64,000 nucleotides of DNA, taken from the IMG/VR virus record IMGVR_UViG_3300032294_001558. The stretch is one strand, 5' to 3'. Position numbers and translations under genes: made by a program. Position 1 is the first letter of the stretch, and every line of letters starts with the position of its first letter. Below the pieces are notes generated by a model. It searched no databases, was not told the DNA's origin, and saw nothing but the letters and a program-made list of their open reading frames with translations. The DNA comes from a virus. Positions 61,733-64,000 of this stretch are shown here, one piece after another.

Positions 61733-63217
61733 GTGCTACACACCGATATGACGCTGCCCACCTCTCGTGCTGAAGCCGCCGCCACTGGAAGCAAGCACTA
61801 CTTCACCGGCAAGCCGTGCGCCCGAGGCCACGTTGCCCCGCGTTTCACCTCCATCGGCGCTTGTTCAGAGTGCTCACGCGAAAACACAATGCGTGTGTAC
61901 AGCCACAAGACTGCGCGTCGCAGAGCATACTCGGATCTGCAGGGCTTTATTGCCGCTGCGGTTGACGTACACGCCGGCAGGTACCGTTACGATGCGGCAG
62001 TCTATGCTGGAGCGCACACCAAGATTGCGATTTCCTGCCCCACGCACGGAGTGTTTTACCAGACGCCAACCAACCATATACAGGGCCGCGGATGCCCGCG
62101 CTGCAAACACGAAGCGTTTGGTCTTCGCTCTAGGACGGAAAAAGCCGACTTTGTTCGCCGGGCGCAACTCGTTTGGGGGGAGCGATGGGACTACTCCGAA
62201 ACTGAATATACGGGCGCAAGGTCGCTGCTCAACATCAGGTGCCCTGTTCACGGCGTTTTTCAACAAACGCAGTCTAACCATCTCTCTGGCAAGATAGGCT
62301 GCACACGGTGCAACCACACCAAATCAAGAGGCGAAGACGCCGTGGCCGCACTACTCGAAACCTACACGTCCATAGAACGCCGTAACAACACCATTTTGAA
62401 GCCTAGAGAGTTGGACATCTACATGCCCGACGCCAAAATGGCGGTTGAGTACTGCGGAGACTACTGGCATAGCCACGGAGACGCAGAGTCTGAGCGAAAA
62501 AACAGGCTCAAGCACTACGAAAAGTACAAGGCGTGCAGTGCGCTGGGTATTCGCCTGCTGACCGTCTACGAGTCCGAGTGGCTGACCCGGGGGTACGCGC
62601 TCCGCCGCTTGTTGCGCAACGCTATCGGTAAGGCTCGGGGGCGTCTCATGGCACGGAAGTGCGAGCTGGGCAAGCCCACCAACGCAGAGGCCAAGGCGTT
62701 CTACGAGCGCTACCACCCCCAAGGCGGGGACGGCATGGGAGAACACTACGGCCTGTTCTGGAAGGACAAGCTCGTTGCCTGCATGCGCTTTACTTTTGGG
62801 GCCAACGACCGAGGCAGTACCACTAAGCGGGTGTGGACCCTGACGCGCTACGCTACGCGGATCACGGTTGCTGGGGCGGCTTCTAGGCTTTTCAAAGCTT
62901 TCCTGACTGAGCATCAGCCGCTGGAGGTCAAATCGTTCTCTGATAACCGCTACTTTGAAGGCGGTATGTACGCGCAATTAGGGTTTGCTCTTGAGGAAGA
63001 GTCCGGACCAGACTATCAGGTCTGGAGCCCTAGGCTGGGCCTGCGCCCCAAGACGCACTACCAGCGGCGCAATCTCCCCAAGCGCCTGCAAGAGCACGGC
63101 GCAAGCGACACGTTCGACCCAGAAACGGACCCCCGCACGGAGGCCGAGATGACTTTTCTTATGGGGTGCCGACGCCTGTATGACTGCGGCAAAAAAAGAT
63201 GGGTCTGGCAGGCTTGA
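61733..63217 (+). CDS. free-standing homing endonuclease (Hef-like: zinc ribbons + Vsr/PD-(D/E)XK-like core + C-terminal domain)
   Basis: 494 aa. YFTGKPCARGH. Two ..HG(V)F(Y/Q)QT..NH..G.GC..C repeats. ELDIYMPDAKMAVEYCGDYWHS. C-terminal RKCELGKPT...AFYERYHPQG...SFSDNRYFEGGMY..LGF. GTG start (ATG 61748 is an alternative). Confidence 0.55.
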   Translation: MLHTDMTLPTSRAEAAATGSKHYFTGKPCARGHVAPRFTSIGACSECSRENTMRVYSHKTARRRAYSDLQGFIAAAVDVHAGRYRYDAAVYAGAHTKIAISCPTHGVFYQTPTNHIQGRGCPRCKHEAFGLRSRTEKADFVRRAQLVWGERWDYSETEYTGARSLLNIRCPVHGVFQQTQSNHLSGKIGCTRCNHTKSRGEDAVAALLETYTSIERRNNTILKPRELDIYMPDAKMAVEYCGDYWHSHGDAESERKNRLKHYEKYKACSALGIRLLTVYESEWLTRGYALRRLLRNAIGKARGRLMARKCELGKPTNAEAKAFYERYHPQGGDGMGEHYGLFWKDKLVACMRFTFGANDRGSTTKRVWTLTRYATRITVAGAASRLFKAFLTEHQPLEVKSFSDNRYFEGGMYAQLGFALEEESGPDYQVWSPRLGLRPKTHYQRRNLPKRLQEHGASDTFDPETDPRTEAEMTFLMGCRRLYDCGKKRWVWQA

Positions 63218-63320
63218 CTCCCGCGCCGTCCTAAGGTATAAAGGGCCGCCGGGGTTCCCCCCGCACGCCGACTGCCCCGGCAGACTCTCCTCAAGGCGGC
63301 GTGTGCACTGAGGACAAATC

Positions 63321-63806
63321 ATGGGTTTCTCTACCTTCTCTGGGCCTATCCGTTCGGGCACGCAGCGCTTTGGCACGGTGACTGAAGGCCGCAACACCGG
63401 CCTCGTGGTTCTCTCGCAGTCGGTTGACACGGGCGTCGTCACTGCGGGCGTCGGCAACGTCGATCTCCGCTTCGGGAACCTCCCTGCTGGCGCGCAGATC
63501 ATCAATATCACGGTTGACCAGACCGTGGTCCCTGGCGGCTCTTCGACGGCAACGATCTCTGTCGGTAGCGCAGTTGGTGGGGCGCAGTTTTTCCCGGCCA
63601 CCGCCACTACTGGTGGCGGACGTTTCACCACGACGGCAATTGCCAACGTGCTCAACTGGGCTACGCTGCCGACCAACGCTGACACGCAGCTTTGGGTGCG
63701 TTACGCGGTTGGTGTCGCGGCTGGTGTTGGCCGCGCGGTCATTACCGTCCAGTACGTTCAGCGTGCCTCTAATGGTGCGGTGGCTCCTACGACTTTTGAA
63801 GTCTAA
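63321..63806 (+). CDS. virion structural protein, function unknown
   Basis: 161 aa. GAGGA lies upstream of the ATG. G/T/V/A-rich, beta-type composition. Confidence 0.45.
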   Translation: MGFSTFSGPIRSGTQRFGTVTEGRNTGLVVLSQSVDTGVVTAGVGNVDLRFGNLPAGAQIINITVDQTVVPGGSSTATISVGSAVGGAQFFPATATTGGGRFTTTAIANVLNWATLPTNADTQLWVRYAVGVAAGVGRAVITVQYVQRASNGAVAPTTFEV

Positions 63807-63841
63807 GTAAGCCTTTTGTTTCCGCTTTGTAAGGAGATAAA

Positions 63842-64000
63842 ATGGCACAGCCAGCCTACCTAACTGCGTCGGACACGAGCAGTTCAACGCTCTACGTGCC
63901 CAACCTGCACGTTACGCCATTCAACATCGGCCTTGGCGCAATCGTTGTCTCCGGTACGCCGACATACACGGTAGAACACACGTTCGACAACATTTTTGCG
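63842..64000 (+). CDS. 3'-truncated virion protein
   Basis: AAGGAGA lies 4 nt upstream of ATG 63842. The frame is open to the window end. Confidence 0.45.
   Translation, partial: MAQPAYLTASDTSSSTLYVPNLHVTPFNIGLGAIVVSGTPTYTVEHTFDNIFA

Overview
The window looks like most of a tailed dsDNA phage genome, or a prophage core, from a GC-rich host. No integrase, tRNA, rRNA or CRISPR array was seen.

There are three transcription blocks:
- Block 1, + strand 1-22734: tail fibres, a lysis cassette (membrane protein, GTA-type holin, M15 endolysin), tail and internal-virion proteins, ending in a 1852-aa polyvalent protein.
- Block 2, - strand 22817-50380: a replication module, then about 35 small early ORFs in visibly more GC-rich DNA. 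The replication module holds a prim-pol/SF3 helicase, an SSB-like protein, an SNF2 helicase, a DnaQ-like exonuclease, a Cas4-like nuclease, a family-A DNA polymerase and a VRR-NUC nuclease.
- Block 3, + strand 51934-64000: terminase, portal, GroES-like protein, scaffold and capsid genes.

The blocks are separated by a convergent terminator (about 22.75 kb) and by a 3-kb control region (48.5-51.9 kb). The control region contains a perfect consensus sigma70 promoter, four 27-bp iterons, an AT-rich motif-dense stretch and recurrent GTTAAC-type palindromes.

Main candidates for novelty:
1. A locus at 40.5-45.6 kb in which five paralogous Gly/Tyr/Asp-repeat mini-genes are interleaved with a MoxR-type AAA+ ATPase, a zincin+VWA (DUF2201-like) protein and a DUF3150-like protein. 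The mini-genes share conserved N- and C-termini and a hexanucleotide-periodic core.
2. Two paralogous mini-inteins, in the SNF2 helicase and in DNA polymerase motif B. Each carries an HNH endonuclease ORF in a different reading frame from the intein. A third, classical LAGLIDADG intein sits in the terminase P-loop.

All functional calls come from motif recognition by eye and from gene order. No database search was run. Many long antisense or alternative-frame ORFs in the track are treated as GC-rich artefacts.
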